DNA of 64,000 bases from an uncultured Pseudomonadota bacterium (GCA_902787665.1 CADAHF010000002.1:2637-66636); one strand, 5' to 3'. Positions 30,417 to 42,393 are shown, counted from the stretch's first letter. Program-made: numbers and translations. The notes: a model not told the origin generated them from the sequence alone.

Positions 30417-31234
30417 AATTTATATCTGTCATCATTTATAACAACTACCGCCTTGCGCCGTAATTGTTTTAACTGTTGATCGGCAATAAACATTGCTTGT
30501 TTATACATCGCATTTTGCTTAATAACATCATCCAATTTTCCATATTCAGATGTCTTTTTCGTATTGCATACCAACAATACAGAACCGTCTTTGACTGGTG
30601 ACCAGGTCATATTTGGCAAACCAACCACACGATCACGAATATCACGCGACAATTCGTATTGAACCGCGGTGAATTTTTGTGGTGCACCACCAAGGTCTTC
30701 AGCCATCTTAACTGCATCATCACAATTTTTGGGTTTGGTTAATTTTTCTGCAACATCATTTGGAATATCAATTAAACGCACAATTGTCATTTCTATTGGC
30801 AAACCCTGTTCACGCGATAAATCATTTTTCATTTCGGTAATATCATCTTTGCTGACATCAACAGTTGGCAAAATAGTTCGCGCAACAACAATTTGCCATG
30901 CAATATTTGCGCGTATCGCAGACAATGCCATTTCCCGTTCAAGACCGGTTAAATCATTCATATTGATTCGTTTTAATTCACCTGTCACATCGTCTTCATT
31001 TGGTTTAACACCAAAGTTAGATGCATAATTTAATTTCACAGAATCATCAATAATATTCTGCAACGCTTTGCGACGATTATCTGTGGACACATCGCCCTGA
31101 CGCGCCATAAGTTTTGTTCGTGCAGTAATATCGGAATCTGTAATCGGCGACCCATTTACAGAAGCAACAACACTTGCCCCAAAAGCATGCGATAACATCA
31201 TCATAAACAAAACAGCAAAATTAAAACACTTCAT
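30413..31234 (-). CDS. surA: SurA-like periplasmic chaperone (N-terminal SurA domain plus degenerate parvulin-like region)
   Basis: Signal peptide, VNGSPITDSDI start typical of SurA, and position directly downstream of lptD. The parvulin-like segment lacks the usual His. Confidence 0.6.
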   Translation of the reverse strand: MKCFNFAVLFMMMLSHAFGASVVASVNGSPITDSDITARTKLMARQGDVSTDNRRKALQNIIDDSVKLNYASNFGVKPNEDDVTGELKRINMNDLTGLEREMALSAIRANIAWQIVVARTILPTVDVSKDDITEMKNDLSREQGLPIEMTIVRLIDIPNDVAEKLTKPKNCDDAVKMAEDLGGAPQKFTAVQYELSRDIRDRVVGLPNMTWSPVKDGSVLLVCNTKKTSEYGKLDDVIKQNAMYKQAMFIADQQLKQLRRKAVVVINDDRYKL

Positions 31235-31251
31235 ATTATTTATTCCTTTCT

Positions 31252-33258
31252 TTAATAATGTTGCCCGTCGATACTTATACCAAAACGGAACTGAAAAGTT
31301 GTGTTGCCACTGTAATCACGACGCACGGCATTATCACGTTGATACCCAATGGAAAAATAATAACACGGATGGTTATAGAACAATGTTGCATTATGTTTCA
31401 AGAAATTATCTTCGGTCCAATTATAAATACCATTTACTTGTAATGACCAACGACCAGACAAACGCAGCCCCGCACCAACAGTTGATTCGTTTGTATTATT
31501 TTCACGCGATCCAATATTTGATAACTGTTGCGCCCATATATGTCCCAAAGACAAATATGTCTGTCCACGACCTATACGCGCAGATGTTTCTGAATGTCGT
31601 AAATCAAACGAATCCCTATCGAAACGAAATCGTTCAGACAATGTAAGCCATCTTGAATTGCTAAATCCAATACGCCCAACATAGTCAGAACGCCCAGTAT
31701 GAAAACCACTGTTTGGATCGGTCACTTTTTCAGAAAAATCGTACGATTCACCCAAAAATACTTCCACTTGGCGTCCATCTGGATTAAACGCAGCCCAGCG
31801 CAACCCATAGTCCGCAAAAGTCCCATTTTCCCACAAATCATATCCAGAAAAACGGTTATCAGAAAACAGTACCGTATCTGATAAAAATGCACCCACAGAA
31901 TCATTATTTTCGGCAAATTGCTCATCATCGACACGACGTCGCATCGTTAATCGCGCCCGCGGTTCCAATGTTTGCGACCAAGATTTCGCTGGACGCACAA
32001 GTGGCAACCCCCATTCAACATAACCACTGGGCAGGAATCTTGTTTTTAATCCTGAAAATTCGCTGTGATCAATCATAATTGTATTATCAAAATTATACAC
32101 ATCATACCGCGCATCAAGTGATACAGTAAATCTGTTTCCACCCCACAATGTCCACGGGCTTGTTATTCGTGCATCACCAACCATACGTTGTGCCATTGTC
32201 CCATCGCCAACGATGCCCAAAACATCTGTTCCAAATGTCGCATAAGTTTCCTTAAAGAACGGCTTTGTTTGGTAAACACCGCGAATATTTGGCAATATGT
32301 TTCCACCCAATCTTGCCTGTACCCAATTACCTTCACGCAGTTCTTGGAAGTCATGAGTATCTGCAACGATGTAACCAGAACTTTCAAACAGCTCTAATTT
32401 TACACCAGAATCCAAATACGGTTCACTGTTGAAAAAACCATATTTCTGCAAATATGTTTTATCAGATGTTCGCGCAATGTAAACTGAAGCACGGGCATGT
32501 TCGCCCAAATCAACCTTGTCATTATTAAATATGTGCCAACGATTATCGCCTTCTTTATTATGAGTAAACGACCCGCGTGTTCTAAATTCCGCATGCGACA
32601 AATTTAACCGATGCTCCAGTTGAAACAATGGGTTTTCTTTGGTCAAATACGAAAAAGTCACTGTTGCATCATGATAATCAGAAAAATTAACATATACTGG
32701 AATATTTATCTGGGTTCCCATTTTATTTGTTGAACCAAAACTTGCCATCAAGAATCCGCTTTTATGCTTAACCCCAGGGTCCGGCATCGTATAATATGGT
32801 AACCACAACACCGGCAAATCGTATGTTTTGAAAACCATATTGTAAAAACTTAACATACGTTCATCCATATTGTGGGTTATTTTTGATGCCCATATTGCCC
32901 ACGCATTACCAAAAGTATCACACCCATCGCACGCCGTAAATTCAGCATTTTTTGCAATTGTGTCGGGACCATTGTGTGTTATATTATCCGATTTAATATA
33001 CACATGCTGACCAAGCCATATTTGCACGTCTTTGCCCGACATATTGTCGCCATTTTTAGACATATATGAATCGGTAAGCGTCATACGTTGACCACTGGCG
33101 TTTGTAATTTCTGTCTTGCCCGATGTTTTAACAGCCCCGCTTTTAACATCATATTCTATTTTTTCAGACTTAATCGTTTTTGGTTCGTTCGCATTAACCC
33201 CTATGGCAAACAGGGGCATTGGGGCAAACAACATCAAAAATGCGAATAATTTTTTCAT
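31252..33258 (-). CDS. lptD: LPS-assembly outer-membrane protein LptD (OstA)
   Basis: Signal peptide, OstA-like N-terminal beta-jellyroll segment (IEYDVKSGAVKTSGK..), a long beta-barrel region rich in aromatic-X-aromatic strands, and synteny with lptG and surA. Confidence 0.85.
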   Translation of the reverse strand: MKKLFAFLMLFAPMPLFAIGVNANEPKTIKSEKIEYDVKSGAVKTSGKTEITNASGQRMTLTDSYMSKNGDNMSGKDVQIWLGQHVYIKSDNITHNGPDTIAKNAEFTACDGCDTFGNAWAIWASKITHNMDERMLSFYNMVFKTYDLPVLWLPYYTMPDPGVKHKSGFLMASFGSTNKMGTQINIPVYVNFSDYHDATVTFSYLTKENPLFQLEHRLNLSHAEFRTRGSFTHNKEGDNRWHIFNNDKVDLGEHARASVYIARTSDKTYLQKYGFFNSEPYLDSGVKLELFESSGYIVADTHDFQELREGNWVQARLGGNILPNIRGVYQTKPFFKETYATFGTDVLGIVGDGTMAQRMVGDARITSPWTLWGGNRFTVSLDARYDVYNFDNTIMIDHSEFSGLKTRFLPSGYVEWGLPLVRPAKSWSQTLEPRARLTMRRRVDDEQFAENNDSVGAFLSDTVLFSDNRFSGYDLWENGTFADYGLRWAAFNPDGRQVEVFLGESYDFSEKVTDPNSGFHTGRSDYVGRIGFSNSRWLTLSERFRFDRDSFDLRHSETSARIGRGQTYLSLGHIWAQQLSNIGSRENNTNESTVGAGLRLSGRWSLQVNGIYNWTEDNFLKHNATLFYNHPCYYFSIGYQRDNAVRRDYSGNTTFQFRFGISIDGQHY

Positions 33259-34353
33259 TTATTTTTTATATAATAACCCAAGTATAATTCCTAAGACAAT
33301 TATCTGCACAACAAACAACACAACAAAGTCGGTAATACTTTTCATCATATTTGTTGCAGACATAAATGCCGCCATAACCACCGCCATCGCCACAACAGAT
33401 ATCGCTGGCGCAAAACTTGTCCGCCGACGTAATAACGAAGAACGTAACAATATCGTTAAACACAATGCCGCCAAAATAAGATTCATCAATGGATCTAAAA
33501 GACGTGTTGCCAATTCTGTTAACACCGCTCTATGCCGTTTTGCTGTTGGTGAATCAAATACATCCTGCATAAGCATTTGTGTTGGAACACTGCGTACGCG
33601 ATATGATGAACTTGACGATTTTTCTGCAACATTTAAATCCATATCAAATGTATCAAATGTCCCGGACACCGTCATATCACCGTTCCCCTGGATAGAACCG
33701 TTTGACATAACAATCGACAATCCGCGCAATGTCGCAACCAGTTTTCCCTTTTCTGCAAAAATTGTCCGCTGCGAACGATTATCACGCATATCAGACAACA
33801 TAACATGCGACAAATCATATCCAGAAACCTTGTCCACATAAACAACCAAACCAGGCGACAATACGGTAAACGCGGACTCTTTCAATTTAAGATGTGCCAG
33901 ACCATAACGCAAATTCCATTGCATATTATAAAATTCTGTTTGTGATGCCGGCACAATAAATATATTCAGCGCTAAATGTAATGCTGTTAATATTGCAGCC
34001 AAACATAATGCGGGGCGCGCAATCTGAGCAGGTGACAGGCCAGAAGCCGCCATAACGCTAACTTCGCTGTCGGCAATAAGCTTGTTATATACAAAAACAA
34101 TCGCAATAAAAGTCACAAACGGAATAATGATAGATACAATGAACGGTATCATAAGCGATGTCAAGACCATAAAACTTCCCACATTTACACCATAATTTAA
34201 CAGGAATTTCATCATGGACATTATTTGAACCATCCATGCCAAGCCCGTCAAAACCGCCAGCAACATAAAAAACACCATTATCAACTGGCGCGAAAAATAC
34301 CTGCTTATTATTGTCATGACACTAAGTATAAAACCCAAAAGCATTGGTGTCAA
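33259..34353 (-). CDS. lptG: LptF/LptG-family LPS export permease
   Basis: YjgP/YjgQ-like architecture: RYFSRQL N-terminus, 3 TM, periplasmic beta domain, 3 TM. Stop abuts the lptD start. Confidence 0.75.
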   Translation of the reverse strand: MTPMLLGFILSVMTIISRYFSRQLIMVFFMLLAVLTGLAWMVQIMSMMKFLLNYGVNVGSFMVLTSLMIPFIVSIIIPFVTFIAIVFVYNKLIADSEVSVMAASGLSPAQIARPALCLAAILTALHLALNIFIVPASQTEFYNMQWNLRYGLAHLKLKESAFTVLSPGLVVYVDKVSGYDLSHVMLSDMRDNRSQRTIFAEKGKLVATLRGLSIVMSNGSIQGNGDMTVSGTFDTFDMDLNVAEKSSSSSYRVRSVPTQMLMQDVFDSPTAKRHRAVLTELATRLLDPLMNLILAALCLTILLRSSLLRRRTSFAPAISVVAMAVVMAAFMSATNMMKSITDFVVLFVVQIIVLGIILGLLYKK

Positions 34354-34369
34354 TGATATCAGTTTTTTC

Positions 34370-34397
34370 TTGCATTTTGATATTTCGCCATTATAAT
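34370..34397 (+). promoter_or_regulatory. sigma70-like promoter TTGCAT-16-TATAAT for nusA-infB
   Basis: TTGCAT 34370-34375, TATAAT 34392-34397. The ~88-nt leader contains hairpin GCGGGGTT-gaag-AACCCCGC (34429-34448). Confidence 0.6.
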
Positions 34398-34485
34398 AAC
34401 GCTTGTTCTTAAAATAAAAGTTTTAGGGGCGGGGTTGAAGAACCCCGCTCTTTCAATAAAAGACGAATATATAAGGAGATACGAT

Positions 34486-36024
34486 ATGTCTTTTGAATCT
34501 ATGCCCAGACAGGATTTGTTATTAGCCATTGATTCATTGGCCCAGGAAAAACAAATCGACCGTGAAATTGTTATTGAATCACTTGAGGCGGCTATTGCAA
34601 AAATCGCCAAACACAAATACGGCGAAGAATTTAATATTGTTGCTGATATTGATCGCAAAAATGGCGCAATTCATGTTAAACGTCTGTTTGATGTTATTGA
34701 ATCCCCAGAAAGCGCCGGCGAAGAATATAACCCAAGCACGATGTTAACACCTGACCAGGCAAAAAAATATGCTAAAAACCCATCTGTGGGCGATGTAGTC
34801 GAAGACCAATTACCAGAACCGGAATTTGGTCGTATGGCTTTTCAAACGGCAAAACAAATTATGACTGCCCGCGTGCGTGATGCCGAAAAGGGCCGTCAAT
34901 TCGAAGAATTCAAAGACAACATTGGTGACATCGTATCTGGCGTTGTAAAACGTATCGAATTTGGTAATGTGTTTGTTGATATTAATGGCAAGGCCGAAGG
35001 TTATATTAAAGGAACAGAACTTATCCCGGGCGAACGTTTAGCAGTTGGTGACCGTGTTCGTGCATTGATTATGGATGTTGCACGTTCTAATTCTGGTCCA
35101 CAAATCTTTTTAACCAGAACTCATCCATTGTTTATGGAAAAACTGTTTGTCCAGGAAGTTCCTGAAATTTACGAAGGTTTGATTAAGATTAAATCTGTGT
35201 CACGCGCACCTGGTTCACATGCAAAGATTGCTGTAGAAACATCTGACCCGTCCATTGATGCCGTTGGTATGACCGTTGGTATTAAGGGAACACGTATTCA
35301 ACCAGTTATCAATGAATGTCATGGCGAAAAGATTGATGTTATTTTGTATTCCGAAGACCCTGCTGTATTTATCGTGAATGCAATGCAACCAGCTAAGGTC
35401 GCAAAAATCATCGTTGACGAAGATACACATACTGCCGCGGTTGTTGTGAACGAAGATCAACAATCTTTGGCAATTGGTCGTCGCGGTCAAAATGTGCGTC
35501 TTGCGTCACAATTAACTGGTTGGAACATCGATGTTATGAACGAAGCCGAAGAACAAGAACGTCGCACACGCGAATTCAAAGAAAAGACAGAATTGTTCAT
35601 CGCCGCATTGGATGTTGATGAAATGATTGCACACCTGCTTATTACAGAAGGCTTCCGTACAGTCGAAGAAGTTGCATTTGTAGATGCATCCGAACTTGAA
35701 TCTATCGAAGGGTTCAATGCCGAACTTGCTGCGGAATTGCAAAAACGCGCCAAAGATTACCTGGCAAAACAGGAACAAGATTACATTGATAACGGACATA
35801 AATTAGGAATGTCTGATGACCTGTTAAAATTCGACTTTATCAAACGTCCTGTTATCATGAAATTGGGTGAAAACGGCATTAAATCTGTTGCGGATTTGGC
35901 TGACTTATCATCTGATGAATTGGTTGAAATCTTGGGCGAAGACACAATGAGTGAACGCTTGGCCGGTCGTGTAATTATGAAGGCACGCGAAATCGCATAT
36001 GGTATAACCCAGGACGAGGAATAA
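34486..36024 (+). CDS. nusA: transcription termination/antitermination factor NusA
   Basis: LLLAIDSLAQEKQIDREIVIESLEAAI, S1 and KH regions (AIGRRGQNVRLASQLTGW), two C-terminal HhH repeats. AAGGAG RBS at the moved start. Confidence 0.92.
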   Translation: MSFESMPRQDLLLAIDSLAQEKQIDREIVIESLEAAIAKIAKHKYGEEFNIVADIDRKNGAIHVKRLFDVIESPESAGEEYNPSTMLTPDQAKKYAKNPSVGDVVEDQLPEPEFGRMAFQTAKQIMTARVRDAEKGRQFEEFKDNIGDIVSGVVKRIEFGNVFVDINGKAEGYIKGTELIPGERLAVGDRVRALIMDVARSNSGPQIFLTRTHPLFMEKLFVQEVPEIYEGLIKIKSVSRAPGSHAKIAVETSDPSIDAVGMTVGIKGTRIQPVINECHGEKIDVILYSEDPAVFIVNAMQPAKVAKIIVDEDTHTAAVVVNEDQQSLAIGRRGQNVRLASQLTGWNIDVMNEAEEQERRTREFKEKTELFIAALDVDEMIAHLLITEGFRTVEEVAFVDASELESIEGFNAELAAELQKRAKDYLAKQEQDYIDNGHKLGMSDDLLKFDFIKRPVIMKLGENGIKSVADLADLSSDELVEILGEDTMSERLAGRVIMKAREIAYGITQDEE

Positions 36025-36059
36025 GATATACAGTAACACATTAAAATACGGAGTATTTA

Positions 36060-38438
36060 ATGGCAACACTGACACTTGGAAAATCTGTAACATTGGACGC
36101 AGTGCACAGCAAAAAGGGTGATTCTGTTTTTGTTGAACGCCGTCGCCGTATTGTTGCCCCTGGCAGCAAAGAATTACGCGAAGAACCAACAACACCACAA
36201 CAGACTCATAATGCAGCCGATGAAAAATTGCGCGCTGTATTAGAGGCAGCACGTGCGCGCGAGGAAGAACGCAAAGCGCGCGAGGCCGCCGAAGAAGCAG
36301 CTCGTGTTGCGCGTGAAGCTGAAATTGCACGTGAAGCCGATGAATACGAACAGGTGAAATCTCAACTTGCTGCGCGCGAAAATGCAAACAATGACGCGCC
36401 CGACGTTGATGAAAAAACACTTAACCAAAGTTCCAAGAAACAGTCGCAAAATCCAAATGGTTCACGAAATCATAACACGCGTGAGATTGATGAAGATCGT
36501 CCACAAAAAACAAACTTTAAAAAAGATTTCAAAAAAGCTGGCAAAATTTCAATTCACGATATTGTTATTGGTGGTGATGACGATGATGATGAAATCGGTA
36601 TTCGTGGTGCAAATCGCCGTCGTTCCGAAGCATCATTAAAAAGATTCCGTGAAAAAGCACGTGCTATATTCAATGCACCACAAAAGGTTGCACACGAAGT
36701 AACACTTGGTGAAACAATCACTGTCAAAGATTTAGCGGCGGCAATGGCTGAAAAGGTTGGTAATGTTATCAAGAAATTGATGGAAATGGGTATGATGGCA
36801 TCTGTCAATCAATCAATTGATGCAGATACAGCTGAATTAATTGCTGGTGAATTTGGTGCAACCGTTAAACGCGTTGTTGTTAAACCGTATGCTGACCAGT
36901 TGGAAAGACAACCAGATCCAAATAAATTACAATCTCGTCCACCTGTTGTTACGGTTGTTGGACATGTTGATCACGGGAAAACATCGCTTTTGGACGCATT
37001 TCGTAATGCAAATGTTGCAGCGGGCGAAGCGGGCGGTATTACACAACACGTTTCCGCATATGAGGTTAAATCGAAATCTGGACAAATGATAACTTTCCTT
37101 GATACGCCGGGTCACGAAACATTTACCGCCATGCGTGCACGTGGTGCCCAAATGGCAGATATTGTTATTTTGGTTGTTGCTGCAAATGATTCTATTATGC
37201 CCCAAACGATTGAGGCAATTAATCACATCCGTGCAGCAAATGTTCCGTTTATCGTTGCAATAAACAAAATCGATTTACCTGAGGCAAACCCTCAACGCGT
37301 AAAAACAGATTTGTTGCAACAAGAAGTCCAGGTCGAAGATATGGGTGGCGATGTTCAATGCGTTGAAGTGTCTGCCAAAAATAAAATCGGTCTTGATAAA
37401 TTGGAAGAAGCAATTTTGTTGCAAGCAGATTTAATGGAGTTAAAAGCAGACCCCGAAATGCCGGCTGTTGCCCACGTGGTTGAAGCAAAAATGGAACGCG
37501 GTCTGGGCGCTGTCGCAACCGTATTGGTTCGCCAGGGAACATTAAAGATTGGCGATGTATTCGTTGTTGGCGAAACATTTGGTCGTGTTCGTGGTTTAAT
37601 CAATTCAACTGGCGAACGCGTCAAATCTGCACGTCCGGGACAACCAATTATTGTTTTGGGTCTTGATGCGGTGCCTTCTGCTGGCGATGAATTACACGTT
37701 ATGGAAACAGAAGCACAAACCAGGGAAGTTGCCGCATATCGTACACAACAAGCACGCGACAAAGCAAATGCTGTTAAACGCACATCACTGCAAGAACTGT
37801 TTGCAAAACGCGATAACGACAAAAAACTTATGTTACCAATTGTTTTGCGCGCCGATGTTCAGGGCAGTGTTGAAGCCATTGTCGATATGTTAAAAGATAT
37901 TAATACCGATAAAGCCGGTGTTGAAATCTTGTCATCTGGCGTTGGTCAAATTACAGAAGGAGACATCAGATTGGCCGCGGCATCAAATGCTGTCATAATT
38001 GCATTTAATGTTCGTGCCGATGCGGGTGTTCGTGACATGGCACGCAGCGCAGGTGTTGACATTCGTTATCACAGCGTTGTATACCGTATTACAGACGAAA
38101 TCAAAGACATCTTATCTGGTAAACTGGCACCCGAAAAACGCGAAAACTTTATCGGTTACGCTGATGTTATCGCCTTGTTTACAGTGGGTAAGGGAATTAA
38201 AGTTGCCGGTTGTCGTATGTCCGAAGGAACGGTAAAGAAAGATGCATTCGTGCGATTACTGCGTGACAATGTTGTTATTTATGATGGTAAAATTGGACAA
38301 CTGCGCCGTGAAAAGAATGAAGTCAAAGAAGTATCTGGTGGCGTCGAATTCGGTATGAGTTTTGAAAAGTATAACGATTTAAAAGAAGGCGACCGTGTCG
38401 AATGTTACGAAGTCCAAGAAGTAAAAACAGAGTTATAG
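36060..38438 (+). CDS. infB: translation initiation factor IF-2
   Basis: [30 protein letters not shown]-domain motifs and a charged N-terminal region. Confidence 0.95.
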   Translation: MATLTLGKSVTLDAVHSKKGDSVFVERRRRIVAPGSKELREEPTTPQQTHNAADEKLRAVLEAARAREEERKAREAAEEAARVAREAEIAREADEYEQVKSQLAARENANNDAPDVDEKTLNQSSKKQSQNPNGSRNHNTREIDEDRPQKTNFKKDFKKAGKISIHDIVIGGDDDDDEIGIRGANRRRSEASLKRFREKARAIFNAPQKVAHEVTLGETITVKDLAAAMAEKVGNVIKKLMEMGMMASVNQSIDADTAELIAGEFGATVKRVVVKPYADQLERQPDPNKLQSRPPVVTVVGHVDHGKTSLLDAFRNANVAAGEAGGITQHVSAYEVKSKSGQMITFLDTPGHETFTAMRARGAQMADIVILVVAANDSIMPQTIEAINHIRAANVPFIVAINKIDLPEANPQRVKTDLLQQEVQVEDMGGDVQCVEVSAKNKIGLDKLEEAILLQADLMELKADPEMPAVAHVVEAKMERGLGAVATVLVRQGTLKIGDVFVVGETFGRVRGLINSTGERVKSARPGQPIIVLGLDAVPSAGDELHVMETEAQTREVAAYRTQQARDKANAVKRTSLQELFAKRDNDKKLMLPIVLRADVQGSVEAIVDMLKDINTDKAGVEILSSGVGQITEGDIRLAAASNAVIIAFNVRADAGVRDMARSAGVDIRYHSVVYRITDEIKDILSGKLAPEKRENFIGYADVIALFTVGKGIKVAGCRMSEGTVKKDAFVRLLRDNVVIYDGKIGQLRREKNEVKEVSGGVEFGMSFEKYNDLKEGDRVECYEVQEVKTEL

Positions 38439-38458
38439 CAGATAGTGTTAGCTGTTAG

Positions 38459-38488
38459 TAAAAACCCACCAAATTGGTGGGTTTTTTA
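38459..38488. terminator. bidirectional terminator CCCACCA-aat-TGGTGGG between convergent infB and rpsO
   Basis: 7-bp stem at 38465-38481 flanked by A4 and T6. Confidence 0.75.
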
Positions 38489-38761
38489 TTATTTACGCAG
38501 ACCTAATTTTTTGATCAGTTCTTCGTATTCAGAAACGTTGTTCTTTTTAATATAAGCCAACAATTTTTTACGACGATTAACCATCAACAACAAACCACGT
38601 TTTGAATGTTCGTCTTTGTGATTTGCCTTCATGTGTTCGGTCAAGTTGCGAATGCGTTCTGTTAAAACAGCAACCTGGGATGCGGCACTGCCACCATTGT
38701 CTTTATCAGTTGTCTTATATGCAGCAACCAATTCTGCTTTTTTTTCTTTTGTAACGGACAT
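38489..38761 (-). CDS. rpsO: 30S ribosomal protein S15
   Basis: [48 protein letters not shown] is a typical S15 sequence. Confidence 0.95.
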   Translation of the reverse strand: MSVTKEKKAELVAAYKTTDKDNGGSAASQVAVLTERIRNLTEHMKANHKDEHSKRGLLLMVNRRKKLLAYIKKNNVSEYEELIKKLGLRK

Positions 38762-38778
38762 TTATTTTCCTTTTTGTT

Positions 38779-39648
38779 TTAAATTGTTCGTTTCGGTCGC
38801 AAAATGCCATTTGATATCGTGCCAACGCCAATAAATTTATCACCGTTATAAACACGCGTCAAACCGTCATCGTGCGTCACATTGATAAATCCACCATGAA
38901 CATACAGTTCGGTATCTTTATCATTCAGATACAGAACCGGAATGTCCCCCAGTCCTGAATCCATTGGCACCAAGTATTTATCGATGTCCGCGCTATTATT
39001 AACCAGATTTTCAAGAAAATCAAGTTTTACAGCGTTTTTTATGTCAAAGTTACCAGATTGTGTCCGGCAAATCATTGTGGCAACCGCCACAGCCCCCAAT
39101 TTTTCTGCAATATCACGTACAATGCTGCGAACATATGTGCCACGGCTGCATTTAACCCTGAATTCAAACGAATCACCATTTTTGCCAGTATATTCCAATT
39201 CATAAATATGAATCTTGCGTGGCGGAATTTCAATATTTTCACCGTTTCTTGCCATTTGATATGCACGCACACCATTAACATGTACCGCCGAATATGCGGG
39301 CGGGGTTTGCATTTGTTCCCCGATAAAAGACGGCAAGACATTTTTTATTTCTGCTTCTGTCGGAATCAAATTATTTGTTGTAATCGTATGTCCGGTAATA
39401 TCAAGTGTATCTGTTTCCACGCCAAAACGAACACCGAACATATATTCTTTTATTTGCGGATTTAATTCTTCAACAAAAGGAATCATTTTTGTGGCATCGC
39501 CAATCGCGATTGGTAATACACCAGATGCCATTGGATCCAGAGTGCCGATATGTCCAAATTTCTTGCGTCCAAATATGCGTGCAACACGCATCCCCGCCGT
39601 GCGCGAGAAAACGCCACTGTCTTTATCAAGAATTATCCAGCCGTCCAT
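38779..39648 (-). CDS. truB: tRNA pseudouridine-55 synthase
   Basis: GHIGTLDPMASGVLPIAIGDATK catalytic motif. Confidence 0.9.
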   Translation of the reverse strand: MDGWIILDKDSGVFSRTAGMRVARIFGRKKFGHIGTLDPMASGVLPIAIGDATKMIPFVEELNPQIKEYMFGVRFGVETDTLDITGHTITTNNLIPTEAEIKNVLPSFIGEQMQTPPAYSAVHVNGVRAYQMARNGENIEIPPRKIHIYELEYTGKNGDSFEFRVKCSRGTYVRSIVRDIAEKLGAVAVATMICRTQSGNFDIKNAVKLDFLENLVNNSADIDKYLVPMDSGLGDIPVLYLNDKDTELYVHGGFINVTHDDGLTRVYNGDKFIGVGTISNGILRPKRTI

Positions 39649-39653
39649 ATTTA

Positions 39654-42182
39654 TTATCCAAAAAGATCAAGTTGTGTTGTGCTTGCGTTTGGCGAACATA
39701 CGCGATTTTGTTTTTTGGGAGTCTTTTCTTCTGTGGTTACAGAGTTTGTCGCAACAGATGTGCGTGATTCTAATTCGCCCAAAACTTCGTCCGCACGTTT
39801 AACCACAGATTCTGGCATACCCGCCATTTTTGCCACATGGATTCCATATGAACGATTTGCGACCCCTGATACAATTTTATGCATGAATATAATTTCATTA
39901 TTATGTTCACGAACATCTATTGTTAAACATGCAACATTTTGTAGGTTATCGTCGCCATCGCCAACCAATGTTGTTAATTCATGGTAATGGGTCGCAAATA
40001 ATGTTCGCACCTGCATAGCGTTTATATATTCCAAAACCGCCTGGGCAATCGCCATACCGTCGTATGTAGCCGTTCCCCGCCCTATTTCATCAAATATAAT
40101 AAATGATTGTTTTGTTGCGCGGCGTAAAATATTTGCTGTTTCCGCCATTTCGACCATAAATGTTGATTGTCCCGCCGCCAGATTGTCAGATGCACCAACA
40201 CGACTGAATAATTGATCACAAATTCCAATTGTGGCGCGTGTTGCAGGAACAAACGAACCCAAGTGCGCTAACACAACAATCAACGCATTCTGACGCAGAT
40301 ATGTTGATTTACCAGCCATATTTGGACCGGTCAACAATGCGATTGGTTTTACATCTAAATTACAATCGTTTTTCACAAACGCGTCACCTGTTTTGCGCAA
40401 CGCATATTCAATAACAGGATGCCGCCCACCAACAATATCAAATGCATTATCGTTTGTTATTATTGGACAAACCCAACTATATTCATTGGCACATTTTGCC
40501 AGCGAATACCATACATCTAAATCGGCCAGTGTGTCCGCAGTGGATAAAATACTTTTCGACACTTCGCGAATTTTGTTAATTAAATCTTGAACGATTTCAT
40601 CTTCAATCCCAGCGGCTTTTTCAGCGGCATTACGAACATCGTTATCAAGATTTATAAGTTGTTCGGTTGTAAAACGAACATTTCCAGCCATTGTTTGACG
40701 ATGTATGAATCCAGAATCATTCGCCATCATGGCATCTGCGCGTGCGGATGGAACCTCAATAAAATACCCAAGGATATTATTATATTTTATCTTTAATGTA
40801 TGTATGCCGGTTTGTGCCGCATATTTTGCCTGAAGTCCCGCTATCGTTTCTTTTGCCCCGTGGGAAAGACCACGCATATTATCAAGTGCAATATTAAACC
40901 CATCACGAATAACACCACCATCGCGGAAAAATGTTGGTAATTCGTCTGCCATTGCAGAACGCAATTCAAGTGCCAAATCGTCATGGGTATCTATTTCGCT
41001 AAATTGTGCAGCAAGACCAGCATCAAGACGCGTTGATAACATCTTTGCATTTGGTAATTCTGTTAAAAAATCACAGATGTGTTTCATATCGCGTGGTGTG
41101 CCGCGTCCAGACAACAAACGCGAGAGTGAACGTCCAACATCCGGCACAGATTCCAATATTGTTGAAACAATGCCCATAACATTTGGGTTCATCGTCATAT
41201 GTGAAATGTGTTCTTGGCGTGCATGAATTACATTTATATCGGCGGACAGCGAACGCAAATATCCGCGTAATTTACGCGCGCCAGCGGCGGTTTTGGTTTT
41301 ATCAATTACATCCAGCAAACATATTCCACCATCGTTTATTGATGAATCAATTTCCAAACTTTTCCATGTCGCCGAATCTATTAACAACTGGCGACCAGAA
41401 TTAAATTCATGTGGCGCACGAAATGTTATTTCTGCACCGCGTTGTGTATTAAACAAATACCCGGCCAACAAAGAAATCGCATCGCCACCCTTGGTCGCAA
41501 CAGTTGAATCAATCGCGCCACCAAACACACGCGAAACAATCAAACCAATGTCTGAACGCACATACATTTTTTCATATACTGGGGTTGTTTTGAAAATATC
41601 GCGTATGTGCAATATCGTTTCGTTTTCAGCCACCATATACGGATATATTATTTCCGCAGGTGCAACGCGAACCATATCATCAATTAAATCGGCTGATTTG
41701 CCAATAAAAAATTCACCAGTTGAAATATCACAACCAGCAATATCAAATTCACCGTTTTGATTTGGCGATACGGCAACCAAAAAATTAGAACTTTTCGGAT
41801 TTAATAAGTTTTCATCGGTCAAAGTGCCTGGTGTTAAAACACGAATAACACGACGGTCAATATATTTATGGCCACGTTCTTTGGCCTGGGCTGGTGTTTC
41901 CATTTGTTCAACCAACGCAAGTTTATAACCGGCACGCACCAAGCGCCCAAAATAATTATCTGCAGCATGCCACGGAATACCACACATTGGAATGTGTTCA
42001 CCATCACCGTCTGAACCACGCGATGTCAAAACAAGACCAAGATTTTCGCTAATTACCTTTGCATCGTCAAAAAAAGATTCATAAAAATCACCAAGTCGAA
42101 ACATAAGTAATGCATCTGGATTTTCCGCTTTCATATCCACATATTGTTGCATTACTGGTGTAAGTTTGTTTTTTTCGACCAC
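39654..42182 (-). CDS. mutS: DNA mismatch repair protein MutS
   Basis: TPVMQQYVDMKAENPD, GPNMAGKSTYLRQ Walker A, DEIGRGT, C-terminal region. GTG start. Confidence 0.92.
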   Translation of the reverse strand: MVEKNKLTPVMQQYVDMKAENPDALLMFRLGDFYESFFDDAKVISENLGLVLTSRGSDGDGEHIPMCGIPWHAADNYFGRLVRAGYKLALVEQMETPAQAKERGHKYIDRRVIRVLTPGTLTDENLLNPKSSNFLVAVSPNQNGEFDIAGCDISTGEFFIGKSADLIDDMVRVAPAEIIYPYMVAENETILHIRDIFKTTPVYEKMYVRSDIGLIVSRVFGGAIDSTVATKGGDAISLLAGYLFNTQRGAEITFRAPHEFNSGRQLLIDSATWKSLEIDSSINDGGICLLDVIDKTKTAAGARKLRGYLRSLSADINVIHARQEHISHMTMNPNVMGIVSTILESVPDVGRSLSRLLSGRGTPRDMKHICDFLTELPNAKMLSTRLDAGLAAQFSEIDTHDDLALELRSAMADELPTFFRDGGVIRDGFNIALDNMRGLSHGAKETIAGLQAKYAAQTGIHTLKIKYNNILGYFIEVPSARADAMMANDSGFIHRQTMAGNVRFTTEQLINLDNDVRNAAEKAAGIEDEIVQDLINKIREVSKSILSTADTLADLDVWYSLAKCANEYSWVCPIITNDNAFDIVGGRHPVIEYALRKTGDAFVKNDCNLDVKPIALLTGPNMAGKSTYLRQNALIVVLAHLGSFVPATRATIGICDQLFSRVGASDNLAAGQSTFMVEMAETANILRRATKQSFIIFDEIGRGTATYDGMAIAQAVLEYINAMQVRTLFATHYHELTTLVGDGDDNLQNVACLTIDVREHNNEIIFMHKIVSGVANRSYGIHVAKMAGMPESVVKRADEVLGELESRTSVATNSVTTEEKTPKKQNRVCSPNASTTQLDLFG

Positions 42183-42192
42183 GATAAAACCA

Positions 42193-42393
42193 TTATTGTT
42201 GGGATGATACTTTCAGTGTTTCGATTTTCAATTCTGCTTCTTTAAGCATTTGTTCACAATATGCTTTCAGTTTGATTCCCTGTTCATATGCGGCAACAGA
42301 ATCGGCCAATGGCATTTCGCCAGATTCCATTTTTTTTACCAATTCGGTTAATTGTTTATATGCTTCTTCAAAAGACAATTTGTTTTCTTCCAT
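42193..42393 (-). CDS. xseB: exodeoxyribonuclease VII small subunit
   Basis: 66 aa; FEEAYKQLTELVKKMESGEMPLADSVAAYEQGIKL matches the XseB pattern. Confidence 0.8.
   Translation of the reverse strand: MEENKLSFEEAYKQLTELVKKMESGEMPLADSVAAYEQGIKLKAYCEQMLKEAELKIETLKVSSQQ

Noticed and set aside
33116-33841. 241-aa plus-strand ORF spanning the lptD/lptG junction
   Set aside because: It is antisense to two strongly supported genes, crosses their boundary, and has no recognisable motifs.
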